From Octopus vulgaris (Eukaryota), in NCBI GenBank assembly GCA_951406725.2, contig OX597827.1, forward strand, positions 78,492,001 to 78,556,000: a stretch of DNA of 64,000 nucleotides, read 5' to 3'. This document shows positions 36,861 through 51,870 of the stretch, one piece after another. Position 1 is the stretch's first letter. Each line of letters opens with the position of its first letter. Position numbers and translations under genes: made by a program. The notes beneath the pieces are model-generated. The model saw nothing but the letters and a program-made list of their open reading frames with translations. It was not told the origin of the DNA and ran no database searches.

Positions 36861-37206
36861 GAAGTGTGTGTATGTATTTTGCTTTCTTACTCAGGTGGCC
36901 GCGTAAATCTACACTGATGTAGCCTCAAAAGTGTGTATATATATGGTGAACCAGCGAGTGACGGATAACTGGCGCAGCTGTCCAGGTTTGTACACCTCCT
37001 CCTCCTCCCGTGCTCTGGCTTCAACCAGAGAAACTCCACTAAATAACACACAGCAATTCTCTTCTCTAGACCAAGTGGAAAAAAAAAAAAAAATCCCACC
37101 TTTCAATATTGCTTAATTGTTCCTGTAATCCCAAATTCCCAAATTTTATAGAGAAAAAAAAAACAATATACACACACACATACACACGCACACACACATA
37201 TAGACG

Positions 37207-37251
<45 letters not shown>

Positions 37252-39346
37252 CACATACATGCATAAATGAATGTGTGTGTATGTATAGAAATACATATAC
37301 AGACGTACACATACACATACATACATACATGCATATATATACACATACACATACATGATCATACATGCACACATATATAAGTATGTCTAAAATATTCTCT
37401 AAATGTAAATTAGAAAAAAAAGGTTCAATTTGATTAAGTTTAATAATTCTTACAATCAGGACTGACAGGTTGCAATAAGTGGAGAGAGAGGAAAGTCCTC
37501 CCTTTGAAAGCCTTACGGAAAGTTAGGACGGCTCCTTTCGTGACAGACCTTGATTCACTCAAAAGCTTCCGACCCAGATGAGAAACCAATTTGCCAGACA
37601 CATAGATATTTACGTAATTTTCAGCAGATTCTCTTCTGCAGCATCGATAGCAATGTTCCCTTTCTTCTATGTGGAGTTATTTTTCACTTTTCAGTTTGTA
37701 TTTAGAAGTGGGAATGTGGAGGCTAACTGCTTGATAATCTCATAATCTAGACAAACCATAATTGGTCAATATTACTACCCACCACATAGAAATGTTACAG
37801 AAAACAACGGCAAGAAAAAACACTGAACGCTCTCACAAGAATTCTTTGTTTCTTTTTGTCTGTCTTGCTGGAATTCGTCTGAAAGAAATTACATTGATTT
37901 TGGTTATTTTCCTACCATATCTAAACTAGATCTGCTTTCCGTGTCTCTCCCTTTGAAGAGATAGGAAAAAAAACTAAAGTTAATTTATTCACTAATGCTG
38001 GTAGTAGAACTGTAGACTTTGGCTTATAGTCATATCAAATAGTTTCTCTCTCGAAAATTATGGCAGTGAACGGACTCACTAGTTGAGGAATAACCTGGAA
38101 AGCTAAAATTCTCCAACACAAAAATATTGTAACTCTAAACGTATTGGTTAATAGGTGTAGTGGCTTCACGGCGAGAGACTATCTATGTCCTTCACTACGC
38201 TACATTTCATAGGTTCCAGTTAATATTTATTCTAGTGATACGGTATAAAGTTCAGCTTTGAATGTCACTAAGATTGTTTTGTTAATTGAGTAAATTGCTA
38301 ATTGATAAATAATATAGACACCCAATTGATCAGGTGTGAAGAGGCGGGCAGCCTAAAAGAATCAGGATGAATCTAATAACGAAAAGGATTCTACGTTCAT
38401 CTAACAACACCTTCATTTGTATAGCTACGTCTCTTCCAACTTACCTAGCTTTTCCTTTTTCTATTTTCATGTCTTAACAAAAAGTTACTACCCGAATCGT
38501 TCACACAATAAAGCTAGAGTCACCCAGTCGGTGATTTTGCTAGACCCGTTTATGATTCTAGAGAAGAAAAAAAATAACTAATTAATAAATTAATTAATAA
38601 ACTAAAAGGGGACCCAAACTTACATATGTTCTTTTCATGACATACATTACAATACTGACACACATCATTACTTCTCAACTGCTGTATATTTGCCCCATAT
38701 TCTTCATCAAATACTACACAAAAAAACCAAATAATTGCTCGTTTCGATTAGCCCCAATTACTGCAGTTCGATTTATCCAGTTCTATTTACTAGAACACAA
38801 CAACATTTGAATAAACTCTTAATTAATTTGAATGTTTTGGTATTTAAAAAAAGTTCCTCATTTATATAACTTGTTAATTTTCCGATTTTAAAGATGTCTC
38901 CTCGTATTTCTTAAAGTAAATCTTCCTCTTAAAATCTGACATTTTTCTTACAACCATACTCTAAAGTATAATGTATTGGGACTCTGATCTCATGTCATTT
39001 CATTTATATTTTTGTTGCCTTAATTAATTCACCGATATTTCCTTTTCCATTTAACAATAACTGTATTTCCTTTCAATTTAATATAGAGGTGATTATTTAC
39101 AGGTAGAATCTAAACTACAATATATCAGGTTTCTCCTGTAATTAAACATTTTAGTTATCACCTGTAATTAAACTTTACATGTTTCTTATTGACACACCTT
39201 AATATTCGTTAACATAAAACGACAGAACTAGACAGGCTAACGTATAAAAATATATAAAGATGTGTGTGCGTGCGTGTGTTAAATATGGGATTCAGCCTTC
39301 ATAGAATGACTAATAAATACTAGAAGGGTCTAAAATATATATCGAG

Positions 39347-39431
<85 letters not shown>

Positions 39432-39496
39432 TGTATGTATGTGTGTATATGTATATATATATGTGTGTATATATATATATATAATGTACATAAATT

Positions 39497-39554
<58 letters not shown>

Positions 39555-40976
39555 GTACATTATTGCACATAAACCTGAAACACCATTCAGAATTTTACGG
39601 AAAATGAATCGAATAAACAAACATTAGTTGATGTTGCTGTTTAATTTTCAAAATTCATAACTAAAACATTAATATGAATTGAAATTATAGCTGATGGAAG
39701 AATTTCTTTCCTCATAAATTGTTAAATCTTTTCTCATTTAGATTTCTGTTTTAACTGTCCTTAAAAATCTTTATATTTTTATACAAATAACTGGTTAACT
39801 TGGGTATAATTTTACATAAATATATGTGTTCAAATTTGTTATAATCCAACAAATTCTACCTGATGCCATGGTTCTGAATTCGAGTAGACAACAATTATGT
39901 CTAATTAGTGTTTTTATTTATAAACATACAGTCTGTTCATGGTTTATTCTAGAAACGTCTGATTTGAAAGTATTTAAACAATTTACATCCCATTTGTCAG
40001 CCATGTAACATTTCCTACTACCAAAACCTAGCAAGAGAAATGATTTAGTCTCATAAAAAATAACTGATACAGTTTTCATAGAAGGAGGACAGTTTTGCTT
40101 GTCTCAGAATTACATGAAAGTTTACAACGAATGACTAAAAGAAAAAACTTCATAAAATTTGAAAAAGCTGTTGCCAGAAAGTCTATGTATTTGATGGAAA
40201 GTCTCAAAGTGTCTCAGCTAATGCAATTTAATTCCGGGTGGATTAATGTAACACTATATATTTCACAATACACCCCAAATTTCTGTAGTTATTTCGTTTT
40301 TGACTTTAAACAAATTTCTCTTGTTCTTCTATTTTAGATTTGCTACTTAAAAAAAAAATCCAATTTGCTTTGTGTTTTGTTAGGAAAATTTATCTGAAAC
40401 ATCTTAAGAAAATATAAAGATAATAGTTTTTATAAAAAAAGTTCTCCTTGTCTGTTTCAGCTGGGTGTATACGTCAATGTAATAGTTTTATCATCTCACT
40501 TATGGACCATTTTGTGTCACATTTTAAAGACTGCCTCGGGTGGATAAAAGACTGTCTAGAGTATCTAGGGTAGATTGTATGTTTACATGGGTCTATTCAA
40601 CCAAAGATTTCGTGGAAACAAATTGTATAAATAATATTATTTTTTCTTTATTTTATTACTTAAAGTCTCAAGCCTTGCATTTGTATGGTTAATGAATGGT
40701 GCCATGGTTTAGGGATAGATTCTATAAAAGAAAGAATGGAAACTATCAACAACTGGACTTTATTTTCTATAACTGGTTGTTCAATTTATATTTTGTGAAA
40801 GAGAGTAGAAACGTTTTTCTCTTTTTTTTTCTGTTAGAACCCAAAAGAATATTTCTCTTTTCGGTTTTGGTTTCCATTTCAGAAAAAAATACAACTAAGA
40901 ATAGAAACCAGTTTCAACAGTACAAGAGATTCCGTTCTGAGTTCAGTTGTTTCTACACGTGTTCTGCGTGTGTGTG

Positions 40977-41032
<56 letters not shown>

Positions 41033-41034
41033 TA

Positions 41035-41076
<42 letters not shown>

Positions 41077-42042
41077 GACTTGAACATCTGTTGTTTGTCA
41101 TGAGTTGAACGAAACTTCAGAAAATACCAAATGAAATTAGGAAATAAAAATAATCAGCGATGTTGTTTTATACTTTAATTTGTAATTTACAATGACCTCA
41201 TAACTCATTAAAGGTTTCGTACAAATTGTACAGAAATAGCCAAGTAGGAATGGGTGAAATAGAGGTCTTAATGTTTTTGTACAAAAAGAATCTTATTGAG
41301 CCAAGCCCTACGGATGTAGCTTTATTTCTGGTTGAATATTCATTCGTATTTTAAGTGAATAACGAGCGAAGAATTAACGATTCAATACATCTTTGGTGTA
41401 TTTCTTCTTTAAATATGCAAACTATTTCGTCAATTTTCAGTTCATCAAAGGTTCATCTATATTCCTTTCAAGACTTCTGAGTCGAAAGTTAGTTGGTTGA
41501 AATCTTAATCTTCACAATCATTAGACGTATTTAGCCATTGTGAAAAGTGAAAAGTTGTGAAATTGAAAAAAGAAAAAAGTGACTGTCGAGATATATGTCA
41601 ACTCTGTCTTAAATACTGACCTGTTACTCAAGGTCAAAAGTATTGAATATAGATCAATATTTAGCAATGATCTGTATGTGGGTCTCTTGAAATGGACTTA
41701 CAAAAGAAACACACAACTGTTTTAAAACATTGTACAAGAAAGGTTGGTGTGAGTTAAGGAGTTTCGTTGCATCAAGTATAATATGGCTTGGTTACCGGCA
41801 TAATATGCTGCAACGTCGTATTTTCTTAAACATTGCCTTGTTGGCTATAAAGTCTGTCCTGTCCTGCACTAAGAAATCGAAGGCAAATAACTTAAACCCC
41901 TTTTCTCCTAATTATCAAAGCTCGAAACCTTCGTTGACTTTATCTTTGATCTTAAGGCCCCGCATCAAAGTTTCGTCCATTCACTACCTGTTCTACCATA
42001 TACTTCATAGAACCTTTCTAATAAATCAATGTATTACATATA

Positions 42043-42156
<114 letters not shown>

Positions 42157-42394
42157 ATGCATGAATGAATGTATGTATGTAGGTATGTATGTATGCGTGT
42201 ATTATGTATGTATATATATATGTGACACATACCTATAACAAGGTATATGTGCAAGTATATATATATATGTATATGACCACTTGCATAAAAAAAATTGTGC
42301 TCTATTAATTATAATGATAAAAAAAAGGTTAGGGGACATAACTCTAAATGATTCGCGTTCAATCTTGTATATAAAAAATCGTCGAAGGGAGATA

Positions 42395-42425
42395 AACCAA
42401 TTCAGGCGCCAGTGACGTCACAGAG
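42395..42425. promoter_or_regulatory. CCAAT box adjacent to a perfect CRE (TGACGTCA 42413-42420)
   Basis: aaccaattcaggcgccagtgacgtcacag in otherwise CpG-poor DNA. Confidence 0.3.
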
Positions 42426-43355
42426 TCTTTTAATCACACCTTTAATTAGTTGAGTGCGATCAGTGCATGATAGCTGATTTGTCGAGTGAGAGGAGGTTTT
42501 TGTTTAATGGTGGTGGTGGTGGTTGTGGAGGTTAGTCTTGAGCGTGTTGTTGTTGTTGTTGATGGTGGTAGTGGTGGTGGTGGTGGTGGTGGTGGTGGTG
42601 TGAGTGGGTGTGGTAGATCTTGATGGATATGGGCGGTAGTGGTGGTAGTGGCTGGTGTTTCTAGAAGTGGGGTGGGGTTGTTTAACCCAACGTCAGCTCT
42701 GATCGAGCAGATCTATGATCAAAGGCGGCTCCAACCAGGACCACTCTGTCTTTTGTAGTTACCTTGGAAAACCGTATCAAATATTTCCTCCCCCCCCCCC
42801 CCCCCAAAGCAGCAGGGTGTAATTTGAACAAATTTAGCTGCTATTTCTAGCAGGTTCAGCGGCCATATGGAAGCTCTCTGATTGGAGCCTCATGGTGAGG
42901 AGGTGTGAAAGTGGTGGTGGAAGGGGGATGATGGGATGACAATAGTAGCGGTGGTGGTGGTGGTGGTAGTGGTGATGATGTTATTTAACACCAAGCCAGC
43001 TCTGATGGAGTAGACCTATCGTCAAAGATATCCCAGCCGTGACCATCTCGTTTATTACATAGAAATGCTGTATACTTGAGATCTGTTTCCTTCTGTTTTT
43101 TTAAAGACAGAAATGGATATGATTTGAATGAAATGTAGTCGTTATTTCTAGCAGGTCTACCGACCACTTAGGATTGGGGGGTGGGTGGAGTTGGTGAGAG
43201 AATCCGGAATGGCAGTGGTGGTGGTGGTGGTGGTGGTGGTGGTGGTGGTGGTGGTGGTAGTGGTGGTGGTGATGGTGAGGATAAGGGAGAGGTGTGGCTA
43301 TTGTGGTGGTTGTGGTGTCACAAGACTTCGTTGTTGTTACTCCTCCTCCTCCTCC

Positions 43356-43387
<32 letters not shown>

Positions 43388-44854
43388 TGGTGCGGTGGTA
43401 GTGAAGTGGCAGGTTGTTTGGCTCCCAAGTTGTGTCAGTATTGTCCAACACTGATATTCGTCCCCTGGTATTTTGAGCTACGGTCAGCTCACTCGCGAGC
43501 TCTACTGGTAACATGTGACCCAGTACAACCTGTCACGTGGTCCGGCCGTCAGCAACTGAACCGAAAACCCCGCGAGATAAAAAAAAAAAAAGGAGACCCG
43601 TCCAAAGTAGATGAACTCAGAAAAGCCAACGGCCATCCGGCTACATGATATCCACGTGCACATTTAGCCTACCAGGGTGTGGGGCAGACTCTAAGTCGTG
43701 GCGAAGACAACTACCCCAGGATATAGAGAACTCTGATAGAAAAAACCTGGGGTTTGTTCATCGTTGAGGTTTTAGTAAACATTTGCACTAAATTCCTGCC
43801 ACCAGCATTTCCAAATATGTTGCTGGTCCAATACAAGCCTTTGCCACAATAAAGAAGTCGTCTGTACTGCGAGGGTCGTCTAATAGTTGGATGTTGGACT
43901 CTTCAAACGCCGAAATCGATGGGAGAATATGTTATACGTTGAGTAAACAACAGTGTTGATTTTTGTTGGGGACATGGAGGCTAAAATACGTCCTAACAGC
44001 TCCAAAACAAGCCCCAATGTCACTAAACGGTCGGCACTGGCTTTATAGTAATAAGCAGTTCAAAAATAAATCTTTCAATCCAGAGGATGTCTGTATATGA
44101 TAGGCCACACCGCTGTCCAAAGAACTGGTCCCTATACTTGACAAATAATTGAACCGAGTAAGAATTAGGTAAACTGTTTAAAAGCACAACGAAACTCCTG
44201 CTGTTCATTTGATCTTCAGACTTGTACGAACAAGTGGTTTCATAGAATATACATCTAGAATTTGAACAGACATGAAGATGTCTCTGTTGTTTACAAAACA
44301 TAACAAGAGGGTTTATTGCTTCGGAAACTTCTCGAGTTTGGTGAATGAAATTGGTTCGACGGAAAGTGTGGGAAAGGCCGTCAACCGAGCTGTCTTTTAA
44401 ATTTGAGAAGCAGTCATATTATAAACGATGTGGCGTGATCGTGATTCTATGTAGGGGTCACATTAAGGATACAATCGTTTGTGGGATATTCAGCCACTTT
44501 CCATGAGAAGGAGGAACTTTATGGGAACACGTCAGGGGAATTGTGCTGGATGTCGACGTCCCAGCTTTATCACAAATGGTCATTTGCACAATGATTCTTT
44601 CTATGATAGGCATAAGGCAAGGCCTAGGAAGAAATTCTGTTTTCATGGGGCTGGACGATTACATTGACCCCAATGCTCAGTTGATACTTATTCTGTCGAC
44701 CCCAAAAGGATGAAAGGCAAAGTCGACCTCAGCAGAATTTGAACACAGAACGTAAAGCCGGAAGAAATGCCACCAAGCATTTTGTCCGGCGCCATAACGA
44801 CTCTGCCAACTCGCAGAACACAATGCCACTTACACAATAATATTATGAAAGTCA

Positions 44855-44897
<43 letters not shown>

Positions 44898-45844
44898 CTG
44901 CGAGATAACGAACCCCTTTTGTCTTCCCCTAGAGTCATAGTGACCCTGTGTAAAGATTTCTTTAAAGATCCAAGTATTTCAGACCCTTATAGTTGATTGT
45001 TATTGATTTGGTAAAATGGAAGAAGCTGCCACCCACGGGCTTTGAAGGACCCCACCATACACACACACACAAACACACACACTCCCTCATGACATCGGAG
45101 AGATTGGTGAGGAAAATGCCCTTCTTGAATTGTAGCTCAAGAGCGAAGGAAAAACATAAGGCAGGGATCAGATTCCTGAGGGATAATATTCTGGGGGAAA
45201 AAAGGACCGAGCCTAGTTGTTAGTATGAAGTTAGAGACGGAGGTGGGGTGGGGTGAATATATGGGGTAGGGGAGAAGAAGAAGGGTGTGGGTGAATGGGA
45301 AGATAAACCAGTTTGGAAGAGAAGCAGAGTGTGCTGCAGTCGTGGTAGAAAAGATGTAGAAAGGACACGCCATATTTGTGAGTTTGCAGTTTGAGTTTGA
45401 CTTCATATTAGTCGTCTGTCGGATGGTCATGGAGGGAATGGTGCAGTGTACGATGTATGTATAGGTGGTCTTTTGGTGGATACAGTCTACGATGTCAGCC
45501 TTGGTGATGCAGGTTTTGCTATGTTGAGGTCACCAGGAAAGAGATGTAAAGTATATTGATTTCGTATTTTTGTAAAAGGCCGACATTTTCAGGAGACCGC
45601 GAAAGGCGATTAAATCGAGTTCGGTGCTTCACTGATTTCACTAATTTCTGAAGCCCGAAAGGATGAAAGACAAAGTCGACCTCGGCGGAATTTACAACAG
45701 CAGTAACAGCGACAGCAATGGCAGTGGCCAAAATGGTGCTGCAGAGACTGGAACCATAAAGGGTCGAAAGAGCGGCAGAGTTGGCGACATATACAAGAAG
45801 AACGACAGAAAAAAGGAAGAAACGGGGGGAAGAATAAACACTGG

Positions 45845-46300
45845 GTCTACGTTGATCTACCGTACTACGAAGAGATGATGGAGAAGAAGTTAAGAAGCGA
45901 CATCAAGAGATCTGGTCTTTCCGTCAGAATCATGAGACGCTACCTCTCACACATCAATAACATACCGGACATATTCTGCTAAAACCAATGTCCAGTCCGA
46001 ACAACCCTATCAACGGACAGTGTCCGACTGTGTTTTAAATCCAAGGCGCTGTACCAAATGACGCGCTCCTGCGGTACGACCTACATGAGATCGACCAAGA
46101 GACGCGATCACCTTAGAGCGAAGAATCATCTACACCAAAGCTACACCACTCGGTGCCGTCTTCCAAAACCACCAACACTGTGACTGGGGTTGCTACAACT
46201 GAGGGGGAAGGATAGATGCAGTTAGCCTCAAGATTACAAAGGCACACTTCATTAGGAAAAAAGCATCTACGTTGAACTGCCGTAATGAGCTGGATTCATG
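45845..46300 (+). mobile_element. Penelope-like element remnant (RT thumb/linker + GIY-YIG endonuclease)
   Basis: YVDLPYYEEMMEKKLRSDIKRSGLSVRI, then LYQMTRSCGTTYMRSTKRRDHLRAKNH (decayed VYxxxCxCGxxYIGxTxRxLxxRxxEH) and AHFIRKKASTLNCRNE. Confidence 0.75.
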
Positions 46301-46423
46301 GGAACACATCTGCTGCTTACAGGATCTTTAACCAGCATTAGTAGTCATGAAGAAAGAGCGATAAATAGCGATTAAGAAAGTCTAATGAAGAATCATTGAT
46401 TCGAAAGCGCTCATGAAATGAAC

Positions 46424-46494
<71 letters not shown>

Positions 46495-46497
46495 CTA
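46424..46497. repeat. (CTAT)n microsatellite
   Basis: Direct inspection. Confidence 0.95.
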
Positions 46498-46759
46498 CCT
46501 CCTCCTCATACCTCCTTCCACTCCACTACTGTTTATTGTATTCTCTCTTGTTCTAGTTTATTTCCATCTTTCTCCTTTGCCTTTCCTAACTTCTTTTACT
46601 AACCACGTTGTCTTGTTATCTTACTATACGCTTACCATGTTGCCAACACATTATAGAAGTTTATTGTTTAACTATGTTTACGTAGTGGAGTGAAGAGACT
46701 CCTACTATCCTCAGATTGTCTCATCTCATCTCATATTCTTTACCCATTTAATCCTGGTA

Positions 46760-47535
46760 GGGTTGCTGGGACAGAGTCCTCAAGCATGCCTTCCATCGTG
46801 TCTCCTCAAAAGCAATTGTCCCCAATTGATTGGCTGGATTCCCAAGTGAGACCAACCAAGCTCATGAATGTCATCCAATCATTAAGCTTGTTCTCTACCC
46901 GTGGGGGTCTCTTGCTGTTTGGTTTTGCCTGTAATACTTGTTCAGAAATGCATTCCTGAGTAATTTTTACATGTTGTAACATCAAAGCTGTGACCTCTCA
47001 ATTCAGAGAAGTGGTGGCTATATCTGGAGTGCCTCTCTGATCTCCAAGCTATGCATTTTATTGATTAATGTTACTTCAACAACCCTTTGTTGGGTGGAAA
47101 TCCCCATCTTGCTTCTATATGCAATCGTAGTCTTTCAGGCATTACCCAAGATTCATGACCAAAGGTAGGGGTAGGTACAAATACCGAATTGAAGATGACC
47201 CCAAGACACTTGAACTTCCCCACCTGCTTCAGTGGAACTCCACTCACATGTAAGAGTACATTAAGCAGGCTTCTTTGAGAAGATGAGTGTCTCAGTCTTG
47301 AGAATACTAATATTCATTCCTGCTGAGCAGCACTTGGTAGGAAACTTCTAATGTGCACATTGGCAACCACCTCCCAATGAACTGAGTGGTACCATGCATC
47401 TGCAAATTCTAGCCACCTGATCCTACATCTGCCAGTCTTGATACTGATTCCAACCTGGCTGTGCATGTCAATCCTGTCCATAAAGATTATGAACAAGGGA
47501 GGCGACAGTACTAACCCGTGACTTCGACTTATCAC
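46760..47535 (-). mobile_element. decayed RTE-type LINE RT fragment
   Basis: LSPPLFIIFMDRI, LEFADA and QVGKFKCLGVIF motifs with frameshifts. Confidence 0.65.
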
Positions 47536-47669
47536 CATTTATCAGAGATTGTATATGAATATATGTTGCGACTGAAATATTTTAAATTATAGGATTCTTA
47601 TTAAAAAAACAAGCGCTTAAATACATACATACACATACATACCTACTTACATACATACATTCGTATATA

Positions 47670-48820
47670 TCAGGCTGAGTAAAAAGTAAGCAACGTTTTG
47701 AAACATGAAATTCATCACAATATATTTCAACAATGCGGAAATCTTATTCAAAATAAGTACCGTTACAATCAATATATTTTTGCCAATGAGTTACAAGTTT
47801 GTTTATTCCGGTAACATAAAAATTTGGAGTTCTGGAGCTGATGAACTTTTTGAACGCACTTTCAGCATCGGTTTGATTTTTGAACTCCTTCTCTTGTAGG
47901 AAACAATGAAGTGCTTCAAAAAGTGGTAGTCGGTAGGAGAAAGGTCGGGAGAATAAGCTGGGTGGGGAAGAACTTCGTAGCCAAGTTCTCTCAACTTCTG
48001 GAGCATCATTAGTAAAATGTGTGGTCGAGCATTGTCATGCAGAATGATTGGCCCTCTTCTGTTGACCAGTCTGGGATGGAGGAGTAGCAGTTTATTGTTC
48101 ATTTTCGCAATTTCATGGCAATATGTTTCTGCAGTAATGGTTTTCCGAGTTTTAAGAAATCATAGTGGATGAGTCCAGCTGTACACCACCAAACAATAAC
48201 CATAATCTTCCTCTTGAAGAGCTCGGGTTTAGGGAAGATTTTCGGTGCTTCATTTTGGTCCAACCACTGTGAAGATCGTTTTTTACTATTGTACAGAATC
48301 TACTTTTCCTCGCAAGTTACAATACGGTCGAGAAATAGATCGGTCTGGTTACGGAAAAGCGACGAGCAAATTTCATATCTGTGCATTTCCTAATTTTCAT
48401 TCAAATCGTGTGGTACCCATTTGTTGAGCATTTTTGATTTTCTGATCGCATGCAAATGGTTGCAGGCAGTTTTCTGACTAACCTGAAATTCTTTTGCCAA
48501 TTCTCGAGTGGTTTTACGTGGATCATTCTCAATGGCAGTCTTTAATTGACTGTCATCGATGACTGATGTGTGTCCTCTACGTCCTTTTTCGAAGTTGAAT
48601 AGCAAAATTGCTCGAATATCGCGCTTTGACAGTTCCATTTCAGATGATTGTAACAACGGTGAAAAAAATATCAATGTTAATTTATTGATGCATTTGGGCG
48701 AATCTGTCTTTATTATCAGACAATTGCAAAAAAAAAAAATGTTTAAAAAAATTCAAAGCTCTGCAAAAGTCCAGTACACATTCTTCATGATTCAAAACGT
48801 TGCTTACTTTTTACGAAACC

Positions 48821-48823
<3 letters not shown>
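47670..48823 (-). mobile_element. mariner transposon (DD34D), decayed, both TIRs present
   Basis: TIR tcaggYtNNgtaaaaagtaagcaacgttttgaa; WVPHDL, IILHDNARPH and YSPDLSPTDYHF motifs. Confidence 0.92.
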
Positions 48824-48858
<35 letters not shown>

Positions 48859-48914
48859 CCGCGTGTGTGTACGTATGTGTATATGTATGATATTCTCTAT
48901 TAGAAATGCACTGA

Positions 48915-50200
48915 AAAGTAGGGGCTTTTATATCAAGTCTTTGTTGACTTAACGAAGGTTTTTGATGCAGTTAACAGAGCTGCATTGTGGAAAAGCCTTG
49001 GAAAAGTTGGGTGTAAGGATGTTTATGCTGTTGTACCAAAACATGAACGCTCGGGTCGTCTTCAACGGAAAACTGTGGAACGAAGTTCCGATTGATAATG
49101 GAGTGAAGCAAGGCGATCTTCTTGCTTCTACGCTCTTCGATATTCGTTGCTCTTCTGCGTTGCATACATCCCATGACTGTGATAAGGGTGTCCTCTTGTA
49201 GTTTAGAACTATTGGAAGAGTTTTCAACTTGAGATGGTTCAACATCAAATGGGAAACGCTTGAAAATTTGATCAGGGAACCCCTTTTTATGAAGATGAAG
49301 TCGATTTCCCGGCTCACACTGACGAAGACAAACAACACAGAATGGATCGTTTTGCTGCTTCATGTAAAATCTTTGGTCTTAGAATAAATCTGGAAAAACA
49401 AGGTAATATTTACACCTGCAACAAGCAAACTGTATGTTGAACCAGATATAGTGTATGGTACAGAATTGGATGTGGTTGACACTTTTGTTTACCTGGGTAA
49501 CATGTTATCAAGAGATGATTCCATAGATGCAGAAACACATCTACACATTCAGAAAGCATCAGTAGCATTTGGGAAACTTGAAAAGGGAGCCTGGGCAAAT
49601 TGCAGCATCCCCAGCAAGACCAAGCTCGACGTTGGCAAGACTTGCAGACAAATGGCTCTACTGTACTCTTCTGAAACATGGCAAGTACACCCAAGTCATC
49701 AGAAGCTGCTTGAACACTTTTACAAAATGTGTCTGAAACACATATTCAAGTTCAAGGGGCAAAATTACACACCTGACTCAGAAGTTCTTGTAAAGGCAGG
49801 GTGCATTAGCTTCCCGTCCCTCATCATATCTATTCAGATGCTTTTGAGGATAATGAAATTCAGAAGCAGTTGTTTACAGTGAGTTGTGCTTTGAAAGTAT
49901 CCTCAGCACAAACTACAAAAAAAGGTACAAAGACTGCATAAAAGGTAACCTGAAGGACCTGCAAATCAATGTAAGACACTGGGAAGAACTTGCTTCAGAA
50001 AGAGCTGAGTGTAGGAAGAATATAATGGAAGGTTGTAAGACTTTTTCAAGAGGGTTGCCTTGAACACAAAAGCCTAAAGGTGCTGTCATCAGAACTTCAA
50101 TGAGAACGTAAAATGTTGAAGGTGTGAAATGCTTGGTTGTGGACTCGTTTATAAGGCTGGGTGTGTGTCACCTGTCTGAAATCCCATGACAGGTCAACAA
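48915..50200 (+). mobile_element. decayed RTE (BovB-like) LINE 3' portion
   Basis: NGVKQGDLLASTLF, FVYLGNMLS, IQKASVAFGKL, LLYSSETW. Confidence 0.8.
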
Positions 50201-50216
50201 CATGCAACATTCTTCC

Positions 50217-50299
<83 letters not shown>

Positions 50300-51419
50300 C
50301 ACGTGTGTATCTGTGTGTGTGTGTGTATGCACGTGTGTATCTGTGTGCGTGTGTGTATGCACGTGTGTATCTGTGTGTGTGTGTGTGAAAAGTGCTTGCA
50401 AGTTGATTTCGGGCCGGAAGAGACTTATGCCACAGCGCAGAGATCATGAATTACTTTCAGGATAGAGTGGGTTGTGCTCTGTGAGTAAATCTCGAACTCT
50501 GTACAAGTGCTGCAGCTTGGCCTTTGTCCATTTCAGAAGAGAGTAGAGCATTTCAATACTGTCATCGCCCACGTGTTTATCACTTTAATGATGTTCCCTT
50601 CATTTAATTTTGTTTTAAGTACCTTCCTAATTCTCCTCTTGTACTCTTTAGTGACTTCCTCTCGCATTTCTCCTTCCATTATCCTATTGTTTTGCAGTAC
50701 TCCTAGGTATTCGTATCCCTCATTATTTCACAACGATCTGATGACGTTGTCTTGTGGTAATTTTATGCCATCAGACTTTACCTTCCGGCCTCTCTATAAT
50801 TAGTATAATTAGTAAAGAACACTTACAGACTGCATTCCAATATCTTTACTGAATACTCTCAGTGTTTAGATCAGAGAATCCAGATCTGTCTCTCTTTTTG
50901 TATATTGCTTGAGGTCATCCAATGACCTCAAGTAGGTGATGTATTCCCAACTTGGTAAACTCATAGGTAGGCCTGGATTTTCTCATTATGCTTGTCGGAG
51001 GGATTAGTACAACAACAAAGAGTAACGGGGAGAGTTAGTCTCCCTGGAAAATGCGATTCATTTGCACATGTCACTTCTACTTTCCACATTCTCATTGCAT
51101 TCTCCAAAAAGGTTGTTTATCTTTTCATTGCCTCCGGGCGTCCTCAAGCACTCCAGGGGCCAGCTGTGTGGGACATTGTCGTAAGCGTTCCTCTAATCTA
51201 TCCATTCAGCAGCTAAATTCTTTTTCCTTACTCCTGCTTAGTTTAATATTCTGCTGTCAACGTATAATAGATCAGCAGTTCCCTTGATTTCTTCCTACAT
51301 TCTTTTTCTTCCTCTGCCAATAGATTCTCCTTTTCCTGAAAATCATACACTTCATCTGTTGTTGGCATCTTTTTTGTCTCCGGAGACAATGGAGTTGCGC
51401 ATAAAATAATCTAGTCCGG

Positions 51420-51870
51420 CTTTTACATTTCATGTCCTACTGCCGTGGCTGTGTAGTCCTATTCTGGACAAACACTCCCTTTGGCAGGTGCCGCAAATGT
51501 AGCGAAGACTTTGCCTGGCTGGTTGTAATGTCGTAGTTTCTTGTTGACGTCTTTTCTTGTCTTTCTATTTCTCCCCCCTCTCTCTCTGTCACTCCTTTGT
51601 GTTCCCTCTTTTACGGTACGTCGCCAATCTCTACGGTTGCTGGCAACTGCTTCCCAGTTGCTAATATTGCTGTTGCAGGCCTTCATGTTCCTTTTGCAAA
51701 CATCCTTGTATCGTAAGAACGGTCTTCCTACAGACCTAGTGCCCCTTAGCAAGCTCTCCGTAGAGTATGTCCTTGGGGATTCTGCCATCTTCCATACGGT
51801 TAACATGTCCAAGCCATCTCATACGTCTTTGTGTGAGGAGTGCAAACATGCTTGGTATTGCTTCATCGGT
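51420..51870 (-). mobile_element. RTE LINE 3' fragment nested in the R4/Dong-like element
   Basis: GTRSVGRPFLRYKDVCKRNMK...WEAVASNRRDWR. Confidence 0.8.

Noticed and set aside
43101-43648. Gly/His/Val-rich ORFs
   Set aside because: (GGT)n, (CTC)n and (CTA)n microsatellite translations with no splice or homology support
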